Source of the DNA: Octopus vulgaris
Taxonomy: Eukaryota
DNA: 64,000 bases
Direction of reading: 5' to 3'
Assembly (NCBI GenBank): GCA_951406725.2
Contig: OX597822.1
Span: 15,810,001 to 15,874,000, forward strand
The notes below the pieces were generated by a model. The model did no database searches. It saw only the letters and a program-made list of their open reading frames with translations, and was not told where the DNA came from. The first letter of the stretch is position 1, and every line of letters starts with the position of its first letter. Positions 1 through 10,978 of this stretch are shown one piece after another. Made by a program: the position numbers and the translations under genes.

Positions 1-1679
1 CAGTCTCCAGATACTATGAAATGGATGAGTGACGGAAATTATCGTTTGATATTTATTTCTGAAAGTGAAATTTCTGTCTCATTTTATTCTATTTTTTTTC
101 TGAATCCAATTCTGATTACGTGGACTGGTTATGCCAAGACAATAAAACAGCGAAATGTTTTACAGTTTGCGATTGTCCTTATTAAGTATTTTACACCTAT
201 GCACCTATGTACGATGTATGCTTTATAGACAGTTGGATTAATGTATATAAATTGTATTTATAATGTTCGCAGCTATCATTCACAGCTCATGACGGAATTT
301 TAAATGGAATATTTCTGTAAGTTATTCAGTTATCCTCACAAATAACCAGAGTTGCTTTGTTAGAAAAAAGGAAATAACAGCAGATACACATTCGCCTTCT
401 ATAGAATAACACGTGCTTTTGCATAAAACATAAGTAACATGCGCTTGCTATCTGTTGGCGGCAATATGCCCCACACAGAAACGATATAAAGAATATCATG
501 TCTGAAATTCATGATTAGTCTTACGATAAACGACACGATTTTATATTTACCGTAATATCTCATCGGTATATATTTCCCCCCATTATTTTTAGTAGCAATA
601 TTTTTTTATAAACAGCAATTTCTTGGTATGAAAAATACACGGAGTAAACTTTATAACCAATCATATTATTTCTGCACTCGCCACTATATTGTCTTCCAGA
701 CACACATAGTTTCACTGCTTTAGTAATAACAAATCTCATAAATATAGAGACAGAATAAAAAAAAAACACATTAAAATGTATTATGAGGCCTTTAATATTT
801 TCTTCAAATGTATATAAGTTCTTTTCACAAGCTTCGTTATTTGATTGGCTGCTGTTATTTTTTCTTTTAGTTTCCGACGCCGATAATCCATTTTTATGAC
901 ACGTTTACTTTCAAAATAACTAACTCACTTCTTTTATGTTCTTAACTTATATATAAACTATCAACTTTAATTTGCAATTTCTAACGCAACTCATTCGCCT
1001 GCTAATATATAATTAAAGATTCACAGATTGGAAATATTTTCTGAATTTTAAATTAATAGCAGGAAATGCCTATAGAACTTCGATTCTCCCTTCAGATACT
1101 CCTTATCTAATTTCTCATCCATATCATTTTTACTTTACTACTCCTTTTGTTTTTTGGCGTTATACTAAAATTAAATACTGAAATATAAAAATATTAAATT
1201 AACAAGGAAGTATGAAATATTACAGTGACATTATCTGAAGAATGGTGGCTCCATGTGTTAATAGCAAGGAATTATAAAACAAAAAAATAGCATAAGAGAA
1301 AAGTAGATTCATTGCCGTGTTTATGTGTTGTGTGTGTTTTTTTTTTACCATATTAAAAGTAGCATTTATAAAATGATTACTTGTTTACTGAAAAAAAGAT
1401 GAAAACATGTTGATATTTTATTGAAAGAAGTGCCAATATACGTTCGATATAAATGAGCTTAAAAATCGTAAAATTGCTTTAGCATCTTACTCGCAATGTA
1501 TGACGTCTAAAAAGCATTAAGCGTAGAAACATTACGAAGATAGACAACATTATATAGGGCATTATTCTTCAATATCTATATCCTAATTTAGATATATTTA
1601 TTTCTATACATAAAAGTGTATCTTATTTCGCATAAAATATGTCAATATATAGCAATCATACCTGCATAAATATGTATGT

Positions 1680-1882
1680 ATATATCATTGTGTGTGCGTG
1701 TATATGTATGTATATATATATATATATATATACATGCGTACATATATATGTATATATACATGCATACTTATGCTATGTATATATATATGTGTGTGTGTGT
1801 GCGTATATATATATATATACATACGTACATATATATGTATTTGTACATGCATACATGCATAAATATAAACAAACGCATACAT

Positions 1883-1926
<44 letters not shown>

Positions 1927-1950
1927 ATGTATGTATGCATGCATGTATGT
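1680..1950. repeat. Compound (TA)n/(TG)n/(TACA)n microsatellite
   Basis: Directly visible; explains the Y/I/V/C-rich pseudo-ORFs at 1639-2089. Confidence 0.95.
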
Positions 1951-2103
1951 ATAGTGAGAATTTACAAAAATAAAGACAAAAGACGAAGACGGATGCGTAA
2001 ACAACAAACAAACATATTAGTTTAAAGCTCGGGAAGTGAGAAAATATTTTACGTTTCGAGCCTACGCACGTCGACAGAATGGAACACATAATTAAACAGG
2101 AGA

Positions 2104-2157
<54 letters not shown>

Positions 2158-2161
<4 letters not shown>

Positions 2162-2601
2162 AAATAAGCAACAAGGATAAATTCGGTAATTTGGTACGAT
2201 CGTTTCACGCTACATCATTTTATTAAATGTTGTAAGTGTTACAACAGTTTTAAAATGCTGAGCACTCATCAGCCATTAATAGAAGTTTTCCATTACTACA
2301 TAATTTTCATATCAATTGATAACATTATAGAGAAGGTAGATATATAGACAAAGAAGTAGATTTAAATTTTAAGAACATTTAATGTAGTGGACTGAATATT
2401 CTTCAGTCAGATGATAAACTCCACTACCTTAAATGTTCTTAAAATTTAAATCCACATCTTTGTCTATATATCTATATATCTAATGGCTGATGTGTGCTCA
2501 GCATTTTAAAACTGTTGTAAAACTTACAACATTTAATTAAGTGAATTAGCGTGAAAGGATTGTACCAAATTACCGAAATTATTCTTGATGCTTATTTTGA
2601 T
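2158..2601. repeat. Imperfect fold-back palindrome between (TA)n tracts; probable inverted PLE terminal repeat
   Basis: Arm 2158-2391 is the reverse complement of arm 2420-2601, with an extra ~55 bp in the left arm. (TA)n tracts lie at 2107-2158 and 2700-2780. Confidence 0.9.
2187..2278 (-). ncRNA. Type I hammerhead ribozyme with extended stem II
   Basis: Minus strand reads TAATGG CTGATGA GTGCT...AGCGT GAA ACGATCGT A CCAAATTA. Core boxes are intact, stem III is palindromic, and the predicted GUA cleavage falls between 2195 and 2194. Confidence 0.7.
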
Positions 2602-2717
2602 TATAATCACCCCATGGATTTATATGGATATCACCATACAAAATTCTGGTGCATCTAACTTAAGTACCATATTCATTTCAATCTAAATTTTGCTGAACTT
2701 ATATATATGAATATATA

Positions 2718-2781
<64 letters not shown>

Positions 2782-2924
2782 TACGACAGGTCGCTTTCAG
2801 TTTCCGTCTACCAAATCCACTTACAATGCATTGGTTGACCCGAGGCTATAGCAGAAGACACCTGCCCAAGATGTCACGCAGTGGGACTGAACCCGGAACC
2901 ATGTGGTGGGTTAGCAAGATACTT
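2782..2924 (-). mobile_element. tRNA-derived SINE family A, body (interrupted; continues at 4863-4879 and 6170-6192)
   Basis: Reverse complement of the 5' half of the intact copy at 28568-28987. Confidence 0.9.
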
Positions 2925-4862
2925 TTATTCATTAAATTTGCCATGAAGGCAGTACATAGATGTAGCTTTGCGGGCTGGACGTAGACATTGATGGTATGAA
3001 TGATGGTGATGGAACGAAGGTGGTGATGGGAGAAGACGAAAGCGCTCGCCGACTTCTGCTTCTCTAAGACAATGTTCTTTTTTCAAGACACAATGAGGCA
3101 ATAAACCTCTTACTTAACACGATGTTCAGAGATCTATTTTTTTTCTTCTTTTCTTTTTTAAAACACACAGAAAGTCGCTCGTTCAGGTCATCCGGCGGAC
3201 CAGTGCTTTTGCTCCACTGTGGCAATCACCCGATGTTAGGCCGGACCATGCAGTCATAATTTGGTAGGAGTCCTCCGGAAAGGAATTCATGATCCTGGAC
3301 AGATCATTTTCCCCTATGACCTCCGCAGCCACCTGCGAAGGCCACTCAGGGTCCTCCGTGCAGGACAGAATTCCCACCCATCGGCCTCTCCTTTTCATTT
3401 TCTTAACTTCATTTTCCATGATTCCTCCTTTGTACAAGAGGATCACATATTCATCATCCGGCGGAACACCCGCCTGAGGAGGCTCGGGAAACGCCGTCTG
3501 CGTGTTACAATCCGCCGGCGGCGTCCCGTTTCTCTTTCTTCTTCTTTTTCCTTTTTTTCCCTGGGCCGCGGAAGGGTGAGGTTCCGTTGTTGCACACAAT
3601 GGGTCCTCTTTTTCTCCCGCAGCTTCAGGGTCTTTCGGTGGGTCACCATTGTTGCCCATCTTTCTTTTCTTTTTTGAGGAAGTAGCAGTTTCCTCGTTCT
3701 GTTTCTCTCCTTCCATTGGGGGGGGGGGCAGGGAGAGGTTCCAACATTAACTGCTCCAGGATCCTACTTTGGTCCCTGGGGCAGTTCTTCTTAATGTGGC
3801 CGGTCTCCAGGCACATGTGACATTTGGGGGGGGGGGCCTCCCTCAAGCATCACCGGATATTTGACTCGGCCATCCTCAAGAAATCTGGGAAAACCAGACT
3901 TTTGGCTGATTGGATCCATAGGGTCAAAACAGCTTTCGAACACTCCCAATCAGCCGCAGGCAACACTTTTACATTTAGCAGCTTGGCACTGCTGCCACCC
4001 AGACCCCGGCGGATAGAGTCCTCTATCCACTCGGGCTCAACTCAGGGTGGTAGGCCACAGATCCAAGCTTTTAATAACCTTTTCCCCATGTAATTTGGCA
4101 AGAATAGTATTTCTTTGCCATCAAGGGGCTGGCTTGCAAAGATAAATTTAACGGCTGGCATGTAGTCCGCTAGCTCGTTTAAAATAGTGTCCTTCGGGAA
4201 GACGGCTATGGTGTCGAGCGACTTCGAATAAGTCCTCAACACCACGGTCCTCCTTTCTAGGTCCTTTAGCCAATTTTGGGGAGGTGTCAGCTCCCACACG
4301 AGCAATTCTTTTGTCATTAACACAAAATTTAAGATAGTTCAAAATACAAAAATAGAACCCAAAAAGGGAGAAGGGAAAACAGAACAGAAGAGAAGAAATA
4401 AAATAATAAACAGTTCAAAAAAGTTTTTTTTTTTTAAAAAAAAGAAAGACAGCTTGAAGAAGAGTGTTCAAAATCCGACAAAAGAATCAATTTTTTTTTT
4501 GGGGGGGGGCGAAAAGGTACTCCTGCCCAAACGTCCAAAACAGTCCTTGGTTATACTTGGTGCTTCTTGGTAAATCCAACACAAAGGCAATTAATTTTTG
4601 AGGCGGGGCTACGCCTCCTCAAAAATACAATTCTCACTGCAAAGTGAGTCTTTACGTTCGACCACAGGCAGCAAAAATGTCCGGAGCAAAGTGGAGTCTA
4701 TTACTCTCCAAAAAATAATAAATACAGAGCAATAAACTTCACTAAGCCCCCCCCCCCCAATTCAACAAATGCCTACCTGTAGTCGAGTCTCAAGAATTCA
4801 ATAATTCACGCCTAAAGGCGTGACATCCGGGGCAGCCAAAAGACACGTCCGAACACGTCGAA
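2925..4862 (-). mobile_element. ORF1-only non-LTR retroelement (L1/Tx1-like, no RT)
   Basis: Flanked by a 16-bp TSD: ggttagcaagatactt 2909-2924 and ggttagcgagctacct 4863-4878. The 3' end is AATGAATAAAA on the minus strand. It holds one disrupted ORF with a CCHC knuckle. Confidence 0.75.
3183..4317 (-). pseudogene. Disrupted gag-like/ORF1 protein with CX2CX4HX4C zinc knuckle and basic low-complexity C-terminal region
   Basis: Pieced together from ORFs 4042-4323, 3643-3846 (KCHMCLETGHIKKNCP) and 3183-3716. It has a stop and frameshifts, one at a G homopolymer. Confidence 0.7.
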
Positions 4863-4879
4863 GGTTAGCGAGCTACCTA

Positions 4880-6169
4880 CGAGGGACGTTCAATAAGTAA
4901 TCCCCCTGACCCACTTGCAGTTGTTTGATCTAGCTGAAATTTTGCATGTGCAATTATTTATATCTCTATAGAGTAAGTGGCAAATTACAGCTCTGACCTA
5001 ATTGTGGTTTCTGATTTACAGGTGTTTGAACTGAGTCAAGTGTGAAATGGAGCCTGTTGAGTGTCTAGCAGTGATCCGGTTTTTGTATTTGAAAGGACGC
5101 ACACCACGGGAGACTTTTGCTGAAATGAAAGTAACTTATGGTGATGATGCCCCATCATAGGACCTTGTAAAATGCTGGCATCGTGAATTCAAACATGGTC
5201 GGAACTCTGTGGAAACAGCTCCCAGATCTGGTCGCCTCCTTTCTGCCATTGATGAGACATCTGTCCGTCAAGTTGAGGCTGCCATTTTGGAAGATCGACG
5301 CATAACAATTCGCCAAATAGCCCATGAGGTCAAGATTAGTACCGGGTCTGTGGAAACTATCATTCATGACCATTTGCATATGCAAAAGGTGTCTGCCAGA
5401 TGGACTCCCAGGCTGCTCACACCTTTCCAGAAGCAAGAACGCGTCGAGTGCTCGAGGATGAATTTGGAGATGTGCCAAGAAGATGAGTCAAAAGTTTTCA
5501 AAAGACTGATTACACAGGATGAAAGCTGATGCCATCACTATGATCCAGAGACCAAAGTCCAGTCAATGCAGTGGAAGCACCGTGACTTACCTCCTCCAAA
5601 GAAGTCAAGGGTGCAGCCCTTCGCTGGCAAGGTCATGCTCACAGTCTTCTGGGACCAGGACGGAGTAGTGATGACAGATTTCCTGGCAAAGGGTACCACA
5701 ATTGCAGGAACCTATTATGCTTCACTTTGAGGAAATTAAGAGAAGTTATCAAAATCAAGAGGCGGGGCAAGATCAGCAAAGGCATCCTCCTCCTACAGGA
5801 CAACGCTCCGGTCCACAATTCGCGGGTCGCCAGATCAGAAGCACAGGCGCGCGGCTATGAACTCCTCCCCCATCCCCCTACTCTCCTGACATTGCACCCT
5901 CTGATTTTCACCTCTACCCATCCATGAAGTTGTTTTTGAAAGGAAAGCATTTCCCAGATGATGCAGCCTTGATTTCTGAACTCACGTCGAGGTTGGAGGA
6001 CCAAGCTGAGGTATTCTACAAAACTGTCTCCAGAGCTGCATCAAACGATGGGAGAAATACGTAACTCTGGGTGGTTCCTATGTAGAAAAAGACTAATAAC
6101 TGTGCTAAGTTTCGTTGCTCTACTGCTATGGGAAGTGGGTCAGGGGCATTACTTATTGAACGGCCCTCG
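4880..6169 (+). mobile_element. Full-length mariner DNA transposon (1290 bp)
   Basis: 37-bp TIRs at 4880-4916 and 6133-6169 with 2 mismatches. TA duplication at 4878-79 and 6170-71. Internal transposase present. Confidence 0.97.
5047..6096 (+). pseudogene. Mariner (DD34D-type) transposase with stops and frameshifts
   Basis: MEPVECLAVIRFL..., PRSGR, WTPRLL (WVPxxL motif), ITQDES*, QDNAPVH, YSPDIAPSDF, ending GGSYVEKD*. Confidence 0.95.
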
Positions 6170-6190
6170 TACCACACAGCCACTCCTGCG

Positions 6191-6192
<2 letters not shown>
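6170..6192 (-). mobile_element. 5' head of the interrupted family A SINE
   Basis: taccacacagccactcctgcgcc is the exact reverse complement of 28568-28590. Confidence 0.9.
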
Positions 6193-6272
<80 letters not shown>

Positions 6273-7228
6273 CACCTTCAGAATATTTGCAGGGCGTGAA
6301 GTATAAAACCGAGTAACAGGTATGGAGCCCAAACATTTATACAATGAAGTTACAATTTAAAAATGCAATTAGGAGAAACCAAGAGTATAAAGGTGAGTAT
6401 AAAGGTGAGTTTAAAGTCCAGCGACAAGAGTTGATGCAAAGATTTGGGAAAGAGGAAAACAGAAGCAGTAACTGAACGAGACGCTAGATTAAGATGCTAA
6501 TGATATACTTTTTTTATTAACTATGAACTAAACCTTCTCTGTGGTTTTGAAAACTTTGTGAGGTTACGATAATATTAATGATGTTTGATTAGTGTAGCAC
6601 CCGTTAAATATTCAGTTCCTGACTCTTGAAGAGAAGTAGAATGTTATTTTCTTCTCTTACTTGTTTGTGTTTGTCGTTTCTTTTTTCTGTATTTCTGTGC
6701 AAATAATTACAGGTTCTCTACGTGATATATTTTAGCGTCGTTCCCAAAATATTCCTTTTTTTAATTATTGCTCCCTAAAGTAAATATTAGTTCATAACTA
6801 TTTTTACCTATTTTTTCACCCATAATTCAATTAGTTTCACTTCTAAAGCTACTTTTTGTAAAAGACATTATCTTAATATTTCAAAATACAGTTGTCGATT
6901 GATTTTATGCATCTTTTACAAATCAAAAGATCCCCAGCATATAATTACTTATTTTGATAATTACAAAATTATTGTATTTACGGATATTTACGTTAATTAT
7001 ACAGTTATTAATAGCTACTTATGGGAGAATGTCGAATCATTCATTGTCATTTAAATGAATGCTTCAGGTCTTAACTGATTTAGAGGAACTCAGCTGTCAA
7101 AAACAATTGTAATTATCTAACGCACACACCCACACATACATTCTATATATTCACAAAGTGTATATAAGCGCTTTGTAAGTGCGAAACCGATTATCCCTCA
7201 CTGACTGGGCATAACAAACACCCTTCTT

Positions 7229-7287
<59 letters not shown>

Positions 7288-7313
7288 CATACATACATAC
7301 ATATATATATATA

Positions 7314-7349
<36 letters not shown>

Positions 7350-7357
<8 letters not shown>

Positions 7358-8125
7358 TCATATAGGGTGGCAAAAATTTTGTAGAATTTTGCCACCAGCG
7401 CTAGTAGGAAAAAATTAAATAGTCATAAACCATTTTTACGTTCAACATCACAATCATACGGCCATAATATTCTAGAAATAACAGCCATACGCATACATTA
7501 ATACGTAAACCAGGAGAAAATTGAAAACTTTACCTGTAATTTCTTAGAGATGCACCGTTTCATATATATATATAAAGCCTACGTTCAACATCACAATCAA
7601 GGAACGGCCATAATAGGCCATTCACCCACTAGAAATAACAGCCAAAAGCTTTAACCGCAAAATAACATTAATACCGTAAACCAGGAGCATCGTCGGTGCA
7701 TCGTCTAAGAATTCTACAAAATTTTTTTGCCACCCTATATTGATTAATTATGAATTTTCTGGTTAGCTCCGTAACGGAATCGGTGGTTCATTTGCTGCCG
7801 ATAAATTTGGCGCGAGTGCGACGATTTGAAAATTTTAGGTCAGATACTGCCGAGGCAGCAAGAGGAATGCCTCGTGAAAAATATCTGTCCCGATTTGGCT
7901 ATTTCTTACTGATGAGTCTAAGGGCCTATGGTGGATTGGCTTGATTTAATTTAATCAGGTTAGTTTACCATTAAACGGTAGATGAAACGGTGCATCGTCT
8001 AAGAAATTACAGGGTAAAAGTTTTTCAATTTTCTCCTGGTTTACGGTATTAATGTTATTTTGCGGTTAAAGCTTTTGGCTGTTATTTCTAGTGGGTGAAT
8101 GGCCTATTATGGCCGTTCCTTGATT

Positions 8126-8130
<5 letters not shown>
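7350..8130. repeat. Complex inverted-repeat cassette between (TA)n tracts, carrying a hammerhead
   Basis: 7590-7687 is a perfect 98-bp reverse complement of 8033-8130. 7438-7563 is a deletion-riddled inverted copy of 7982-8130. 7350-7388 is inverted with 7710-7751. Confidence 0.9.
7901..8007 (+). ncRNA. Type I hammerhead ribozyme with long stem II extension
   Basis: ATTTCTTA CTGATGA GTCTA...TAGAT GAA ACGGTGCATCGT C TAAGAAAT. Stem I is a perfect 8 bp, the core is intact, stem III is near-palindromic, and the predicted GUC cleavage is after 7999. Confidence 0.9.
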
Positions 8131-8159
<29 letters not shown>

Positions 8160-8274
8160 ACATTTCATGACAGTCAAAGAAGAAAGCAGGAAAAAGCAAC
8201 AAATAAAGGTCGCTGTTTAACTCATAATGGAGTCTTTCGGAGTTAGTAAACATTTAACTACATATATGAGCGTG

Positions 8275-8437
8275 TGCTTCTTCCGCACAGTTTCCTTCCA
8301 CAAAATTCAGTCCGAAGGTATTGGTGGGACCCTTGTCTTGGCTACAGTAGGCACTTGATGAAAATGCCACCCAGTGGGACTGAACCTGCGACCAAGTGGT
8401 TACAAAGCGAAGTTCTTAATCTCACAGCCGCGTCTGA
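8275..8437 (-). mobile_element. Diverged family A-like SINE fragment
   Basis: cagtgggactgaacc B-box region and ...cacagcc head resemble the reverse complement of 28568-28720. Confidence 0.65.
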
Positions 8438-10023
8438 ATCTATTTGAAATGTATTTCTATATCCTACATAAATATTTCACTACTACATTGTAGTTGGTAG
8501 AGGCAGTTTGTATTTCGTTAAATTTATACGCTATGTGTTCAAATTTCTCACAGTGCAGCTCTGCATTTTATTCTTACAGGGTCGTATCATTTGAAGATGC
8601 CTCTCAAGCAACATCGCTAGCTTTGTGTGTATCTTACATATACAGTTACTACCGCTGTAATCTGAAGTTCTTTTTCTTTTCAGGTGTTATCATTCACTTG
8701 TTTACAATATATTTTCATCACACCCGAAGTATATTTTTACCTGAAATTATTAAATAAAGGAAGCAGCAAAATATAAGACGCAATTTGTAGAATAATCGTA
8801 GATATCAATATTTTTTCTTATCTATATTTATACATTTATCGAAAAGTTTCAAATGTAAAGACGTTTAGAAATATATTTTCCTAATATAATTATTTTCCTG
8901 TAACTATACACATAATGATATAACAACTCAAAGTGTGTGTGTGTGTGTGTGTGTATGTGTGCATGCGTGTGAGCGTGCGTGTGTGTGTGTGCATGCGTGT
9001 GAGTGTGCGTGTGTGTGTTTGTGTATGTGCGTGTGTGGCCTTGTGCCAATGTTATGAATTCTTATTTAAGAAAAATACCAAAACTGCATTGCAATTTACC
9101 TTGACAACATTCCAAATATTCTGAATCATATCTGCATATTTCACAGATACCTATTTGGAAATGTTCGCGTTTGCTAATAGTTTGCCTGTTTGTTTTATAA
9201 TATATCAAAAATAAATCTATTTTCAGTTAATATTTTTAAAAAGTAGGATCAGCTGTGTTCCTACGTTAAATAACGAATATAGATATAATTTCTTGTTGAA
9301 TGATATAAGTAATCTTGGATACTCTTCGGTATTATTATCTGCAGTTTTATTTTAATGAAGACCAATCAGATTACCTTTACGAGTAAACAAACGCATACGT
9401 ACCAAACGACATGCACATGCGTACTAATGAACGCAGACAAGGTTAAAAACTACCGTAATACAGCACAAGCTTCTTCTTATAATAAACAAAAATTCTGTCC
9501 TCAGCTCTATAGAAAAAACTGTTACCATTTTGCGCGTGCAAAACAACAAGAAATAGCATAATTTATACAGAAGTTTTACCTAGTGTGTGTATGTCTGCCA
9601 TTATTTTATGGCATTCTTTTCTTTGAAGCAGCAAAGATGCTAACTCAATTATATGGTCGATAATATGGGATCATATGATTGTTCGTTAATTTCCGTAAAA
9701 ATGTTCTCATTTCTTTGTGCTTTGATCTTCAAAGCACAAATTGAAGCTAAAATTGTGCTTTGATCTTCAAAGTACAATTGAAGCTGAAATTGAAAGGGAG
9801 GAGAAAGTGAAAAGGTGACATTTGTTTTGAAGTGGGAGCAGAGAGTGAAATAGTTGAAGAAGTGAAAGGTCTATATGAAATGGACGTGTGTGTGTGTGTG
9901 CATGTGCCTGAGAGTGAGAGCGAGCGAGTGAGTGACCGAGTGAGATATCTCACTTCTATTTTCTTTCCTCCACCTCACTATTTATTTTGTATCCTAACTA
10001 TAACTTAACCATCATCTCAAACC

Positions 10024-10075
10024 GTCTCCAATGAATGGATATGATAAATAAATATCCTAGAAACGGCTGTAGGAC
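10024..10075 (+). ncRNA. Degenerate hammerhead-like motif (probable PLE terminal repeat relic)
   Basis: GTCT CCAATGA ATGGATAT...ATATCCTA GAA ACGGCTGT A GGAC. Stems I, II and III are present but the first core box is CCAATGA. A microsatellite follows ~60 bp downstream. Confidence 0.45.
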
Positions 10076-10137
10076 CTTATATCTATAAATGTTCTAATAT
10101 ATACACAGCCTTATCTCATTACGCAAAAATTCTTATA

Positions 10138-10197
<60 letters not shown>

Positions 10198-10209
10198 TAT
10201 GTATGTACG

Positions 10210-10251
<42 letters not shown>

Positions 10252-10749
10252 CGTCAGATTTATTGTAACTCTTTGTGGTGGAGGAAATTATACAGTTTAT
10301 AAATATAAAGTAAATATATAATATAAAAATGGTAAAAATGCTGAAGACGTTTAGAAAATTAAATACAGAAATATTCCGTGCCCTTGCCCCTATTTAAAAC
10401 AAGCACTCCAAATGTAATTAGTCTTTATATTTACAATATCTTAGAAACCAACTCATTCATTATTCTTTCGAATTCCTTTCCGTATTTCTTTATTCTGATC
10501 CCTCATTTCTTGCATGATTACGTCCCAAAATAAGACATTTAAGTGAAATCCCATCCGTTAAATAATATAAAACTTAAACATTAATTTGTTTATAGTCATG
10601 AATATGATTCTATACTCCACGTTATGACATACACGTTGTGAGTTTTAGTCTTTGTTTTCTGATCCTTTTCAAGAAGATTATATTTGGAATATGAAAAATT
10701 CTGTCAATGAATCATTAGTTTTGTTAGCCATAATATATAATTACATGTT

Positions 10750-10978
10750 TATTTCTTTATTGCCCACAAGGGGCTAAACATAGAGAGGACAAACAAGGAC
10801 AAACAAACGGATTAAGTCGATTACATCGACCCCAGTGCGTAACTGGTACTTTTATTTATCGACCCCGAAAGAATGAAAGGCAAAGTCGACATCGGCGGAA
10901 TTTGAACTCAGAACGTAGCGACAGAAGAAATACCGCTAAGCATTCCGCCCGGCGCGCTAACGTGTCTGCCAGCTCGCC
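10750..10978 (-). mobile_element. tRNA-derived SINE family B
   Basis: Minus-strand head GGCGAGCTGGCAG, B-box-like GAGTTCAAATTCC, central GCCTTTCAT...GGGGTCGATAAA..AGTACCAG block, tail AATAAAGAAATA. Homologous to 18883-19465. Confidence 0.9.

Noticed and set aside
1639-2089. ORFs rich in Y/I/V/C/H/T (also at 22194, 28224, 55759, 56637 and elsewhere)
   Set aside because: Translations of (TA)n/(TG)n/(TACA)n repeats, which lack stop codons.
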